Shown in pieces: positions 17,372 through 25,566 of a DNA stretch of 55,662 nt. The DNA is from Minisyncoccota bacterium. GTDB taxonomy: Bacteria; Patescibacteriota; Minisyncoccia; Phycocordibacterales; VMEP01. Position 1 is the stretch's first letter. Every line of letters starts with the position of its first letter. The notes beneath the pieces were generated by a model. The model did no database searches and was not told the origin of the DNA. It saw only the letters and a list, made by a program, of their open reading frames with translations. The translations under genes were made by a program, and so were the position numbers. The stretch covers positions 1 through 55,662 of the forward strand of contig JBAZYZ010000002.1 in the NCBI GenBank assembly GCA_041659085.1, in the 5' to 3' direction.

Positions 17372-17923
17372 ATGCTTTACACAAGGAAGGGAGACGCGGG
17401 GACAACCGGGACGTTCGGCTGCGACCAAAGGATATCCAAGAGTTCGGCGATAGCCGAAGCGCTCGGCGCATTAGACGAGATAAACTCGCTCCTTGGGATA
17501 TGTAAAGTGAAAACTAACGGTTTGCAGCTGACAGCTAGTAACAGAAATGCGGGAGAGGTGGTGGGTGAAGTTCAACAGAACCTTTTTATCATCCAAGCGG
17601 AGATGGCGGGAGCCGAGAAGACGATTATGAAAGAAAAAGTTGAAGCGATAGAAAAAATAATTGACGATATGGAAAAAGAGCTGCCGCCCATTACGACATT
17701 TTTTGTTTCCGGAGGGACGGAGCTCGCGTCGACATTTGATTTTGCCCGCACGCTTGCGCGCCGGGCTGAGAGACGGGTTGTTCAAGTGTCTGAAGAGGGG
17801 GATAGGAAAGTCGGCGGGCACACGCTTGCGTACCTGAACCGCCTTTCAAGCCTGCTTTATGCTCTGGCTCGTTACGCTAACCACAAAACGGGGATAGAAG
17901 AAGAAAAGCCGAGTTATAAATAA
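17372..17923 (+). CDS. ATP:cob(I)alamin adenosyltransferase, PduO type
   Basis: ATG at 17372 gives MLYTRKGDAGTTGTFG.... Helical bundle ending RTLARRAERR. Confidence 0.85.
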   Translation: MLYTRKGDAGTTGTFGCDQRISKSSAIAEALGALDEINSLLGICKVKTNGLQLTASNRNAGEVVGEVQQNLFIIQAEMAGAEKTIMKEKVEAIEKIIDDMEKELPPITTFFVSGGTELASTFDFARTLARRAERRVVQVSEEGDRKVGGHTLAYLNRLSSLLYALARYANHKTGIEEEKPSYK

Positions 17924-17950
17924 TCCGCGCAAGACAAATTCGTGTTTTTA

Positions 17951-17957
17951 TTGTAGG
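17951..17957 (+). repeat. TTGTAGG motif upstream of tRNA-His
   Basis: tttttaTTGTAGGTTATtaactgttggcagttaatttatat precedes the tRNA. It shares ATTGTAGGTTAT with the tRNA-Val upstream region. Confidence 0.5.
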
Positions 17958-17985
17958 TTATTAACTGTTGGCAGTTAATTTATAT

Positions 17986-18061
17986 GGTGCCTATAGTGTA
18001 ATGGTTAGCACTAGAGATTGTGGATCTCTCAGTCTGGGTTCAAATCCCAGTAGGCACCCCA
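17986..18061 (+). tRNA. tRNA-His (anticodon GUG) with encoded G-1 and CCA
   Basis: G-1 followed by GTGCCTA/TAGGCAC acceptor, anticodon stem AGAGA/TCTCT with loop ttGTGga, T arm CTGGG-TTCAAAT-CCCAG, discriminator C, then CCA. Confidence 0.88.
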
Positions 18062-18068
18062 AAATAAA
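18041..18068 (+). repeat. Direct repeat copy 1: tRNA-His 3' end plus flank
   Basis: caaatcccagtaggcaccccaaaataaa. An imperfect second copy is at 18208-18235. Confidence 0.7.
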
Positions 18069-18207
18069 GAGACGAATGCGGATGCATTCGGTGATTATAT
18101 TTTTGGAGTAGATACTGGAATTTGAAAGACGGAGGCGGGGCACCCTTTGGGTCGCCGAGTTCGGGGAGGAAGTTCTTAGCGAGTTTACGAGCTTAGAAAC
18201 TTGACCC

Positions 18208-18235
18208 CAAATCTAGAGTAGGCACCCAAAAATAA
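18208..18235 (+). repeat. Direct repeat copy 2 of the tRNA-His 3' end plus flank
   Basis: caaatctagagtaggcacccaaaaataa (about 22 of 28 positions shared, including TAGGCACCC plus A-run plus TAA). Confidence 0.7.
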
Positions 18236-18236
18236 C

Positions 18237-18259
18237 AAAACCCGCCTTGCGCGGGTTTT
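18237..18259. terminator. Bidirectional intrinsic terminator
   Basis: aaaaCCCGCcttgcGCGGGtttt. Confidence 0.75.
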
Positions 18260-18296
18260 GTGTTGGGTAAGTGAATCCGTCGGTTCTAGGCGGTAT

Positions 18297-18437
18297 CTAG
18301 TTTCCCCTAACCAGCCGGATCAACACTACGATAATCGCTAACACAAGAAGGATATGAAGGAACCCGCCAACGGTATAGGCGGTGACATAGCCGAAGAACC
18401 ATAGAACAACCAAGATCACTGCGATTGCTTCTAGCAT
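18297..18437 (-). CDS. Small membrane protein, lmo0937/DUF5670-like (46 aa; below the ORF-track cutoff)
   Basis: Hand translation: MLEAIAVILVVLWFFGYVTAYTVGGFLHILLVLAIIVVLIRLVRGN*. Two TM helices. Followed by the 18237-18259 terminator. Confidence 0.6.
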   Translation of the reverse strand: MLEAIAVILVVLWFFGYVTAYTVGGFLHILLVLAIIVVLIRLVRGN

Positions 18438-18560
18438 AAATTTATTGGTTAAAGTAACACTATTAATCAATTAAGTATAACATTCTTGGGCATGGTCAGA
18501 CTACTGTGTTGTCAGCGCTTGTTCTGTGGCTCCGGATGGGTGTGTGTGGCTCTTCTCTGG

Positions 18561-18569
18561 TGGTATAAT
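18561..18569 (+). promoter_or_regulatory. Extended -10 (TGgTATAAT) 6 nt upstream of the SDR ATG
   Basis: ctggTGGTATAATatttttATG. Confidence 0.5.
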
Positions 18570-18575
18570 ATTTTT

Positions 18576-19370
18576 ATGGAACAAATTTCTGCAGAAAACC
18601 TGTTAAGGCTCTCCGGCAAGTCCGCCATAGTGACCGGAGGCGCCCAAGGCATAGGTCTCGGCATAACAAGCCGTTTGGCCGAAGCCGGCGCAAATGTTCT
18701 TATCGCGGATATGAATGAAGGAGCGGCGCAAAGAGCTGCTGGCGATTTATCATCCCGCGGCTATAAAGTGTCCGCGCGCAAGACGGATGTTTCAAATGAA
18801 GAAGAAGTTGGTGGCATGATTGCAGCAGCGGTTGCGGAATTTGGAGGTCTGGATATTCTCGTCAACAACGCCGGCATCTACCCCAACCGTCCGCTTTCCA
18901 AAATGACCAAGGAAGATTTTGACAGGGTTATCGCCGTAAATTTGCGAAGCGTGTTTTTGACAACGGAAGCCGGAAGCAAACAAATGATAGCCCAGGGACG
19001 CGGCGGCAACATTATAAACATCACTTCCGTTGACGCGCTCCATCCGTCAATGATCGGACTCGCGCATTATGACGCCTCAAAGCACGGAGTGTGGGGTTTC
19101 ACTATGAACTCGGCTCTTGAACTTGCGGAACATAAAATCCGGGTGAACGCGATTGCTCCGGGCGGCATAGCCACTCCCGGCACTTCCGGTCCTAGCCAGG
19201 ACAACCCGGAAATGAAAAAAATTATAGACGCGTTTCTTTTAAAAATCCCAATGCATCGCATGGGTACGCCCGACGATATCGGGAAGGTCGCCCTCTTTCT
19301 CGCTTCCGATATGTCATCCTACATGACCGGCAGCCAAATTGTTGTTGATGGAGGAGTCCTGCTGTCATAG
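18576..19370 (+). CDS. SDR family oxidoreductase (FabG/glucose-dehydrogenase-like)
   Basis: ATG at 18576. TGGAQGIG, NNAG, catalytic YDASKHG, PGGIATP. Confidence 0.88.
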   Translation: MEQISAENLLRLSGKSAIVTGGAQGIGLGITSRLAEAGANVLIADMNEGAAQRAAGDLSSRGYKVSARKTDVSNEEEVGGMIAAAVAEFGGLDILVNNAGIYPNRPLSKMTKEDFDRVIAVNLRSVFLTTEAGSKQMIAQGRGGNIINITSVDALHPSMIGLAHYDASKHGVWGFTMNSALELAEHKIRVNAIAPGGIATPGTSGPSQDNPEMKKIIDAFLLKIPMHRMGTPDDIGKVALFLASDMSSYMTGSQIVVDGGVLLS

Positions 19371-19410
19371 ACAGCAGGGACACTAATCTGAGTTTTGATA
19401 TGATTGCGAC

Positions 19411-19965
19411 ATGACTGAACAGAAAATACAGATTGCGGAGGACGCATTTATTATAGCCATGAGTGTAATTGTGTCGGTTATTGCGGCGAAAAGCGGACTT
19501 GCCCATTTCGTCGTTTCCTCGTTGGATGGGCTGAGATATTTCGGCGTATTTGTAACAGGGATGTTTTTTACTTTCGTGTTTACGACAGCGCCGGCGATTG
19601 TCGTATTGGGCGAGTTCGCGCAGAACAATTATCTGCCGACGGTTGCTTTAATAGGCGGCTTGGGTGCGGTCATTGGGGATTATATTATTTTCCTTTTTGT
19701 GAGAGACAGAGTTTCTCAGGACTTGAGGTACCTTCTCAGTTTTTCAGGGGCGGAGAGGTTCACAGTCATATTCAAAACCAAATTGTTTTACTGGCTCGTG
19801 CCGTTTTTAGGGGCGGTTATCATCGCTTCGCCGTTTCCGGATGAAATAGGCGTTTCGATGCTCGGACTTTCAAAAATCGGTAGCAGATATTTTCTTTTTA
19901 TTTCTTTCGTATTCAACAGTTTGGGTGTTTTTATAGTCGGTCGATTGGCGCAGCTTGCGTTATAG
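19411..19965 (+). CDS. Hypothetical integral membrane protein
   Basis: 184 aa, about 5 TM helices. GLGAVIGDYIIFLFVRDR is faintly DedA/VTT-like. Confidence 0.5.
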   Translation: MTEQKIQIAEDAFIIAMSVIVSVIAAKSGLAHFVVSSLDGLRYFGVFVTGMFFTFVFTTAPAIVVLGEFAQNNYLPTVALIGGLGAVIGDYIIFLFVRDRVSQDLRYLLSFSGAERFTVIFKTKLFYWLVPFLGAVIIASPFPDEIGVSMLGLSKIGSRYFLFISFVFNSLGVFIVGRLAQLAL

Positions 19966-20048
19966 GGCGGCTGGTGTCCGAATCCGATTGGCGCCATTTC
20001 TTCTTTGCGTACGCCCGGAAAAGTTGTATTGTTTAAGTAATAAAAGAA

Positions 20049-20453
20049 ATGCCTAATTTAGAAGAACAACCAAAACAGCTTCGCTCAAAGGAGTTTAGGA
20101 AGATGGAACTGGACAGGACAATTTCTCTGTTGGAAGAAGACTTCAGCACCAATCAATTGCGCGGACCTGACGAAAGAAAATTGATAGAAAGGGTTTTATC
20201 TCCCAAGGCGGGTGGTAAAATTTCCGGCAGGACGGCGCTCACGGCAGAAAAAGCTTTGGCTGGTTATGTCAGCAGACTTAGGCAGGAGAACCGTGAACTG
20301 GCGGAAAGGATTGAAAGACGCGAAAACGTGAACGAAGGGGAAGCGGAAGAACGGATAAGAAAAAATGATAAAGAAATAGCCATGATAGAAGGGAATTGCC
20401 TCACCTCTCTCGGCGAAATAAATGACACTATTCTTTTCCCGGAGGATAAATAA
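20049..20453 (+). CDS. Hypothetical protein (charged, coiled-coil-like)
   Basis: 134-aa ORF with coding-like composition. No motif recognised. Confidence 0.45.
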   Translation: MPNLEEQPKQLRSKEFRKMELDRTISLLEEDFSTNQLRGPDERKLIERVLSPKAGGKISGRTALTAEKALAGYVSRLRQENRELAERIERRENVNEGEAEERIRKNDKEIAMIEGNCLTSLGEINDTILFPEDK

Positions 20454-20486
20454 GGAGGTGTGATTCAAAGCAAAATAATGCAGTCA

Positions 20487-20515
20487 CGAGCCGCCCAGTA
20501 GGGCGGCTCGTTTTT
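20487..20515 (+). terminator. Intrinsic terminator
   Basis: CGAGCCGCCCagtaGGGCGGCTCGttttt. Confidence 0.85.
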
Positions 20516-20538
20516 ATCCGCATCTTTTTCCTGGACGC

Positions 20539-20566
20539 TTGACTTTATACCCCCAGGGGGTATAAT
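20539..20566 (+). promoter_or_regulatory. Copper-operon promoter with an overlapping CsoR-type operator
   Basis: TTGACT (-35), 16 nt spacer, TATAAT (-10). The spacer and -10 contain the perfect palindrome TATACCCCC-a-GGGGGTATA (20546-20564), a G/C-tract inverted repeat of the kind bound by CsoR repressors. csoR is the second gene downstream. Confidence 0.75.
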
Positions 20567-20595
20567 GGTGCATTAGCAGATAATTATAATATTTT

Positions 20596-20826
20596 ATGAT
20601 GTACTACTATGGCAGTTTTTTCCCGTTCAATTTTTTGGGGCCATTGCTCATGATTTTGTTCTGGGGGGCGATTATTTACACGGTCTTTTTGATTGTCAGG
20701 AAAACATCTTCCCAGGGCGACAACACCCGCGCGTATGACCGTTCGATGGAAATATTAAAAGAACGTTACGCCAAGGGCGAGATTACCAAGCATGAGTTTG
20801 AAGCTATGAAGAAAGACCTATCGTAA
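20596..20826 (+). CDS. SHOCT-domain small membrane protein
   Basis: 76 aa. One TM helix plus C-terminal ILKERYAKGEITKHEFEAMKKDL. Confidence 0.75.
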   Translation: MMYYYGSFFPFNFLGPLLMILFWGAIIYTVFLIVRKTSSQGDNTRAYDRSMEILKERYAKGEITKHEFEAMKKDLS

Positions 20827-20827
20827 T

Positions 20828-21097
20828 ATGGGGATGAATACTTCAAAACCTAAATTGGTCCGCAGGCTTAAGATTATAGAGGGCCAGATTCGCGGACTCC
20901 GGGAAATGATAGAAAAAGACAAGTATTGCATTGATGTCATTACCCAAAGTTCCGCGGTGAAACAAGCCCTTTCCGGGGTGGAAGATGCTCTTATGGAAGA
21001 CCATTTGAACACCTGCGTGGTCCATCAGATTAAAAAAGGACAGGAGAAAAAGGCGGTGGGAGAGGTGTTAAAAGTTTATCGTTTGAAAAGGAAGTAG
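20828..21097 (+). CDS. csoR: CsoR family copper-sensing transcriptional repressor
   Basis: 89 aa. RLKIIEGQIRGLREMIEKDKYCIDVITQSSAV..AL..V...LMEDHLNTCV carries the C-H-C ligand pattern. Confidence 0.9.
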   Translation: MGMNTSKPKLVRRLKIIEGQIRGLREMIEKDKYCIDVITQSSAVKQALSGVEDALMEDHLNTCVVHQIKKGQEKKAVGEVLKVYRLKRK

Positions 21098-21101
21098 TTT
21101 T

Positions 21102-23405
21102 ATGCCCATTACTCAAACATTTAAAATCCGCGGCATGCACTGCGCGTCGTGTTCGGTAATTATTGAAAAAACCCTCAAGAAAGAAGAGGGGGTGCATTCT
21201 ATTGAAACGAATTATGGAACCGAGACCGCAAAAATTTCTTTTGATGACGTAAAAACTAACCCGAAGATCTTATCCGGTAAAATTGAGAAACTCGGATACT
21301 CGTTAGTAATCCCCGAAAGCCGGTCCGCGGCGGAAATGGGCATGTCGGAAGACGAGCATGCGGCGCATTTGGGTCTCAGTCAGACAAAAAATGAAAAATT
21401 GGCGGAGCTTTCCCATATGAAATGGAAAGTAGCTTCCATAATGCCGCTAGCCGCCATTGCCATTGTCGTTATGGCTTGGGATATTTTGACCGGCTTGGGG
21501 CGCGTTCCGGAAATGTCGGTTGCTATTAAGAATGTCTTCCGGTATTTGCTCCCAGTCATGGCGACTTACTCTCTCTTTGTGGTTGGCCAGCCGTATTTGC
21601 TCGGGTTTTACCGCTTTATGCGGTATGGCAAGGCTAATATGGATACGCTTATCGGGCTCGGCACTTCCGTCGCTTATCTCTACAGTATTGTTGTAAGCAT
21701 TTTTGGAGAGTCTATAGGGGCTTATGTGAATACCTCGTACACGTATTACGACATAACCGTGGTCGTTATCGCTTTTATAACGCTCGGGAAATATCTTGAA
21801 GCGCGTTCCAAGATTAAGACAGGTGATGCTATTGAAAAGCTTCTAAATATGCAGGCCAAGACCGCGCTTGTAATTCGCGACGGCAAAGAGATTGAAATCC
21901 CGATTACTGAAGTCATTCACGGTGATTTTATTATCGTGAAACCGGCGGGGAAAATTCCGGTTGATGGCGTGATTACCGAAGGAGAATCTTTTGTTGACGA
22001 ATCAATGATTTCCGGCGAGCCGATGCCGGTGGAGAAAAAACCGGGCGACACGATTGTTGCCGGGACCATCAATACGAGCGGAACCTTTACCTTCAGGGCG
22101 ACGAAGGTCGGTTCTGAAACAATGCTTGCGAATATCATAAAGATGGTTGAAGACGCGCAGGGGAGCAAAGCGCCGATACAGGCATTGGCTGACAAGATTT
22201 CAGGCGTGTTCGTGCCGATTGTTTTGGTTATCGCTTTTCTTTCGCTGGGTTCGTGGCTCTTTATCGGTTCACAATATCTTGGGTTTGCAGGCGCGCTTTC
22301 TTTTGGCTTGGCATCATTTGTCGGGGTTTTGGTCATAGCTTGTCCGTGCGCGCTCGGGCTTGCAACTCCCACGGCGATTATCGTTGGCGTAGGCAAGGGT
22401 GCCGGCGAGGGAATTTTGGTTAAAGACGCAGCCACACTCGAGAAGCTCCATAAGGTGAATGTGGTGGTGGTGGACAAGACGGGCACGCTTACCCGCGGCA
22501 AGCCGGAACTTACCGGCATAAAGAACCGTTCTTCAAAAAGCGAAAAAGAAATAATTTCAATATTGGCGTCGCTTGAAAACAAATCTGAGCATCCGATTGC
22601 CCATGCCGTCACGGAATACGCCAAACAAAATAATATTGAACTTGCCGCGGTTTCCGGCTTTGAGATTATAAAGGGCAAAGGGCTCAAGGGAATTGTCTCC
22701 GGTGCCGAGTACTTTGTAGGTAACATAAAAATGATTTCTGATTTGAATATCGTTTTTGACAAGGCGGAATTGGAGAAGGAAACGGCTCAAGGTAAAACGC
22801 CGCTAATTCTTGCCGGGGGAGGAAAAGTTTTAGGCGTGTTTATGGTGGCGGATGCCATAAAACCTGAGGCGATTGAGGCGGTAAAGAATCTTCACAGATT
22901 GGGTATTAGGGTTGTGATGCTGACCGGTGACGATAAAAATACGGCTCTTGCGATAGCAAAACAAGTCGGCATAGATGATGTGGTTGCTGAAGTTATGCCC
23001 GAAGACAAACTAAAAAAGATAAAAGCGTTACAGGCTGAAGGGAAAATTGTGGCTATGGCGGGAGACGGGGTAAACGATGCCCCGGCGCTCGCGGCAGCCG
23101 ACGTTGGCATTGCCATGGCGACAGGGACGGACGTGGCTATTGAAAGCGCCGGCATAACGCTTCTTCACGGAGACGTTTCGAAATTGGTTAAAGCGATAGC
23201 GTTATCCAAAATGACTATGCGCGGGATTAAGCAGAATCTTTTCTGGGCGTTCATTTACAACATTGTCGGCATTCCCGTTGCAGCCGGGCTTCTGTATCCG
23301 ATATGGGGTGTGGTGTTAAACCCGATTTTTGCCGGACTTGCCATGGCGTTCTCAAGTGTGTCGGTGGTCGGGAATTCGCTCAGATTAAAAACCAAGAAAT
23401 TATAA
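21102..23405 (+). CDS. copA: Copper-translocating P1B-type ATPase
   Basis: 767 aa. N-terminal HMA GMHCASCS, TGES-type actuator, CPC (ACPCALGLATP), DKTGTLT, GDGVNDAP. Confidence 0.95.
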   Translation: MPITQTFKIRGMHCASCSVIIEKTLKKEEGVHSIETNYGTETAKISFDDVKTNPKILSGKIEKLGYSLVIPESRSAAEMGMSEDEHAAHLGLSQTKNEKLAELSHMKWKVASIMPLAAIAIVVMAWDILTGLGRVPEMSVAIKNVFRYLLPVMATYSLFVVGQPYLLGFYRFMRYGKANMDTLIGLGTSVAYLYSIVVSIFGESIGAYVNTSYTYYDITVVVIAFITLGKYLEARSKIKTGDAIEKLLNMQAKTALVIRDGKEIEIPITEVIHGDFIIVKPAGKIPVDGVITEGESFVDESMISGEPMPVEKKPGDTIVAGTINTSGTFTFRATKVGSETMLANIIKMVEDAQGSKAPIQALADKISGVFVPIVLVIAFLSLGSWLFIGSQYLGFAGALSFGLASFVGVLVIACPCALGLATPTAIIVGVGKGAGEGILVKDAATLEKLHKVNVVVVDKTGTLTRGKPELTGIKNRSSKSEKEIISILASLENKSEHPIAHAVTEYAKQNNIELAAVSGFEIIKGKGLKGIVSGAEYFVGNIKMISDLNIVFDKAELEKETAQGKTPLILAGGGKVLGVFMVADAIKPEAIEAVKNLHRLGIRVVMLTGDDKNTALAIAKQVGIDDVVAEVMPEDKLKKIKALQAEGKIVAMAGDGVNDAPALAAADVGIAMATGTDVAIESAGITLLHGDVSKLVKAIALSKMTMRGIKQNLFWAFIYNIVGIPVAAGLLYPIWGVVLNPIFAGLAMAFSSVSVVGNSLRLKTKKL

Positions 23406-23432
23406 ACTTAGCAATAGATTAATTAAAATATT

Positions 23433-24035
23433 ATGAATAACAAAATTTTGTTAGTTATTGTAGGAGTGGCGATAGGAATACTGGGCGTCTTGTTGGCAAC
23501 TTCCGCGGCCCAGCCGGGTTCAATGATGTCCGGGTGGGGGTATGGGCAAAGAATAGTCGGTACGGGTCAAATAGACAGGCATTTTATCGAGCAGATGATC
23601 CCGCATCACGACGGAGCTATCGCGATGGCAAGCCTGGCTCTTACAAAGTCTAATCGTTCGGAAATCAAAATTCTCGTGGGGTCCATCATTGAAGCGCAAA
23701 CTGAAGAAATTCAGGATATGCGCGGTTGGTATGAGAATTGGTTTGGAAAAAGTGTTCCGGAAGGGACCACCGCAATGATGGGGGGAGGGATGATGTCAGG
23801 AGGCGGAATGCATATGGGGGGACGGGAAGACATGGCGGCGTTAGAAAATGCGAGTGATTTTGACCGGACATTTATTGAACAAATGATTCCCCACCACCAG
23901 CTCGCCATCATGATGGCGCAAATGTTAAAGTCTGGCACTAATAGGCCGGAAATGTTGTCTCTTGCCGACAATATCATTGAATCGCAATCGCGAGAGATAC
24001 GGGAAATGCAAGGTTGGTATGAAAAGTGGTATTAA
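23433..24035 (+). CDS. DUF305 family protein (copper-resistance associated)
   Basis: 200 aa with signal anchor. Two repeats, FIEQMIPHHDGAIAMA and FIEQMIPHHQLAIMMA, joined by the Met/Gly tract MMGGGMMSGGGMHMGG. Confidence 0.8.
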   Translation: MNNKILLVIVGVAIGILGVLLATSAAQPGSMMSGWGYGQRIVGTGQIDRHFIEQMIPHHDGAIAMASLALTKSNRSEIKILVGSIIEAQTEEIQDMRGWYENWFGKSVPEGTTAMMGGGMMSGGGMHMGGREDMAALENASDFDRTFIEQMIPHHQLAIMMAQMLKSGTNRPEMLSLADNIIESQSREIREMQGWYEKWY

Positions 24036-24072
24036 CAATTCCAAACTCGCTTAAATTGAAAGCGAAGAAATT

Positions 24073-25101
24073 ATGAACAATCAAAAAACATACAGTTTCC
24101 ACGTAAAAGGAATGCATTGCAGGGCATGTACGGTATTGATTGAAAGCGAGCTTAAGGAATTGCCCGGAGTTGCGCGTGTGGAGGCGAGCTTGAGACACCA
24201 CTCCGTGGAAGTTGCCGGAAATTTTGGAAGTAGAGAGCCCGAAGATATAGCAGCCTTTTTAAGCGGGCCTATTAAGAAGCACGGATATACCCTTTCGGTG
24301 GAAAAAGAAGTTCATAGGGCCGGGTGGGGCGATTTCAGGCTTGCTGTTCCGATCGCGCTCGGGTTTGCTGTCCTGTTCGTGTTGTTGCAAAAGCTTGGTG
24401 TCGTGAACTTGGTAAACACCGGTAATGTGGGTTACGGTACGGCTTTTGTGGTCGGGCTTATTGCCTCCGTTTCGACTTGTATGGCCATTGTCGGGGGACT
24501 GGTACTTTCCATTTCCGCAAATTTTGCGAAAGAAGGCGATAAGATTCGTCCGCAAATGTTATTCCATGCGGGCCGCATCGTTTCTTTCTTTGTTTTGGGC
24601 GGGGTGATCGGAGCTCTTGGTTCGGCGTTTCAACTTGGGAGTGTCGGAGTCTTTGTTTTAAGCCTGCTTGTTGGTTTGGTTATGTTGGTATTGGGTATAA
24701 ACCTTTTGGATGTTTTCCCCTGGGCAAAGAAACTTCAACCGACAATGCCCAAGTTTTTCTCGTCTCATCTCATGGAGATTAAAAAAATTAACCACACCCT
24801 TACCCCACTCCTGGTTGGCGTGCTTACATTCTTTTTGCCATGCGGCTTCACTCAGTCAATGCAGCTTTACGCTCTTTCAACCGGCAATTTCTGGTCAGGC
24901 GCTTTGACAATGCTCTCGTTTTCTCTCGGAACGCTTCCGGTACTCGCGCTCCTGTCGTTCACTTCGCTTGGTATCCATAATAAAATGAAATCCGGCATCT
25001 TTTTCAAGACAGCCGGCTTGGTGGTTATATTTTTTGCGTTATTCAATATAATTAACAGTCTGGCGGCAATAGGGCTGATACGCCCGATTTTTAATTTCTG
25101 A
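24073..25101 (+). CDS. HMA-domain fused to a DsbD_2/TauE-like permease
   Basis: 342 aa. N-terminal GMHCRACT heavy-metal-associated domain, then 6-7 TM helices including FFLPCGFTQS. Confidence 0.7.
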   Translation: MNNQKTYSFHVKGMHCRACTVLIESELKELPGVARVEASLRHHSVEVAGNFGSREPEDIAAFLSGPIKKHGYTLSVEKEVHRAGWGDFRLAVPIALGFAVLFVLLQKLGVVNLVNTGNVGYGTAFVVGLIASVSTCMAIVGGLVLSISANFAKEGDKIRPQMLFHAGRIVSFFVLGGVIGALGSAFQLGSVGVFVLSLLVGLVMLVLGINLLDVFPWAKKLQPTMPKFFSSHLMEIKKINHTLTPLLVGVLTFFLPCGFTQSMQLYALSTGNFWSGALTMLSFSLGTLPVLALLSFTSLGIHNKMKSGIFFKTAGLVVIFFALFNIINSLAAIGLIRPIFNF

Positions 25102-25121
25102 GTTCTGATATAGTTATATTT

Positions 25122-25508
25122 ATGAAATGGACCGTCTTAGCAATTATAATTTCTCTCGGCTTGGTTATTGGCGCTGCTTCGCTTACCACCAAAGATGAAG
25201 GAACCGAAGTTCCGGCAAACAACAACGTTGGCGTTTTGGACAACAAGCAAATCGTAGAGATAAGCGCTAAGGGCGGGTATTCGCCGAGAAAGAGTGTGGC
25301 TAAAGCCGGTGTCCCGACAATTTTGCGCGTAAACACCAAGGGCACGTTTGATTGTTCCATCGCGCTACGCATTCCAAGCTTAGGACTATCCAAAAACCTT
25401 CCGCCAACCGCGGAGACCGATATAGATTTGGGTATTCCGTCGGCCGGCATCTTGCGCGGAGTTTGCGCTATGGGCATGTATTACTTTGAGATTGATTTCC
25501 AAGCCTGA
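25122..25508 (+). CDS. Cupredoxin-like (plastocyanin-domain) secreted protein
   Basis: 128 aa. Signal anchor. GGYSPRKSVAKAGVPTILRVNTKGTFDCS...RGVCAMGMYYFEIDF. Confidence 0.65.
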   Translation: MKWTVLAIIISLGLVIGAASLTTKDEGTEVPANNNVGVLDNKQIVEISAKGGYSPRKSVAKAGVPTILRVNTKGTFDCSIALRIPSLGLSKNLPPTAETDIDLGIPSAGILRGVCAMGMYYFEIDFQA

Positions 25509-25566
25509 ACCAGAGACGATAAAATTATTTTTTTAAACCCCCGCCTGCTATAATTAGCCGCTATAC

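Noticed and set aside
21917-22762. A 281-aa ORF antisense to copA. There is a similar 275-aa ORF at 38868-39695 antisense to glyA, and 140-160-aa ORFs antisense to murE, argS and the M16 peptidase.
   Set aside because: These are shadow ORFs opposite strongly supported genes. They have low-complexity, Ser/Pro/Thr-rich or otherwise non-protein-like sequence and no start context.
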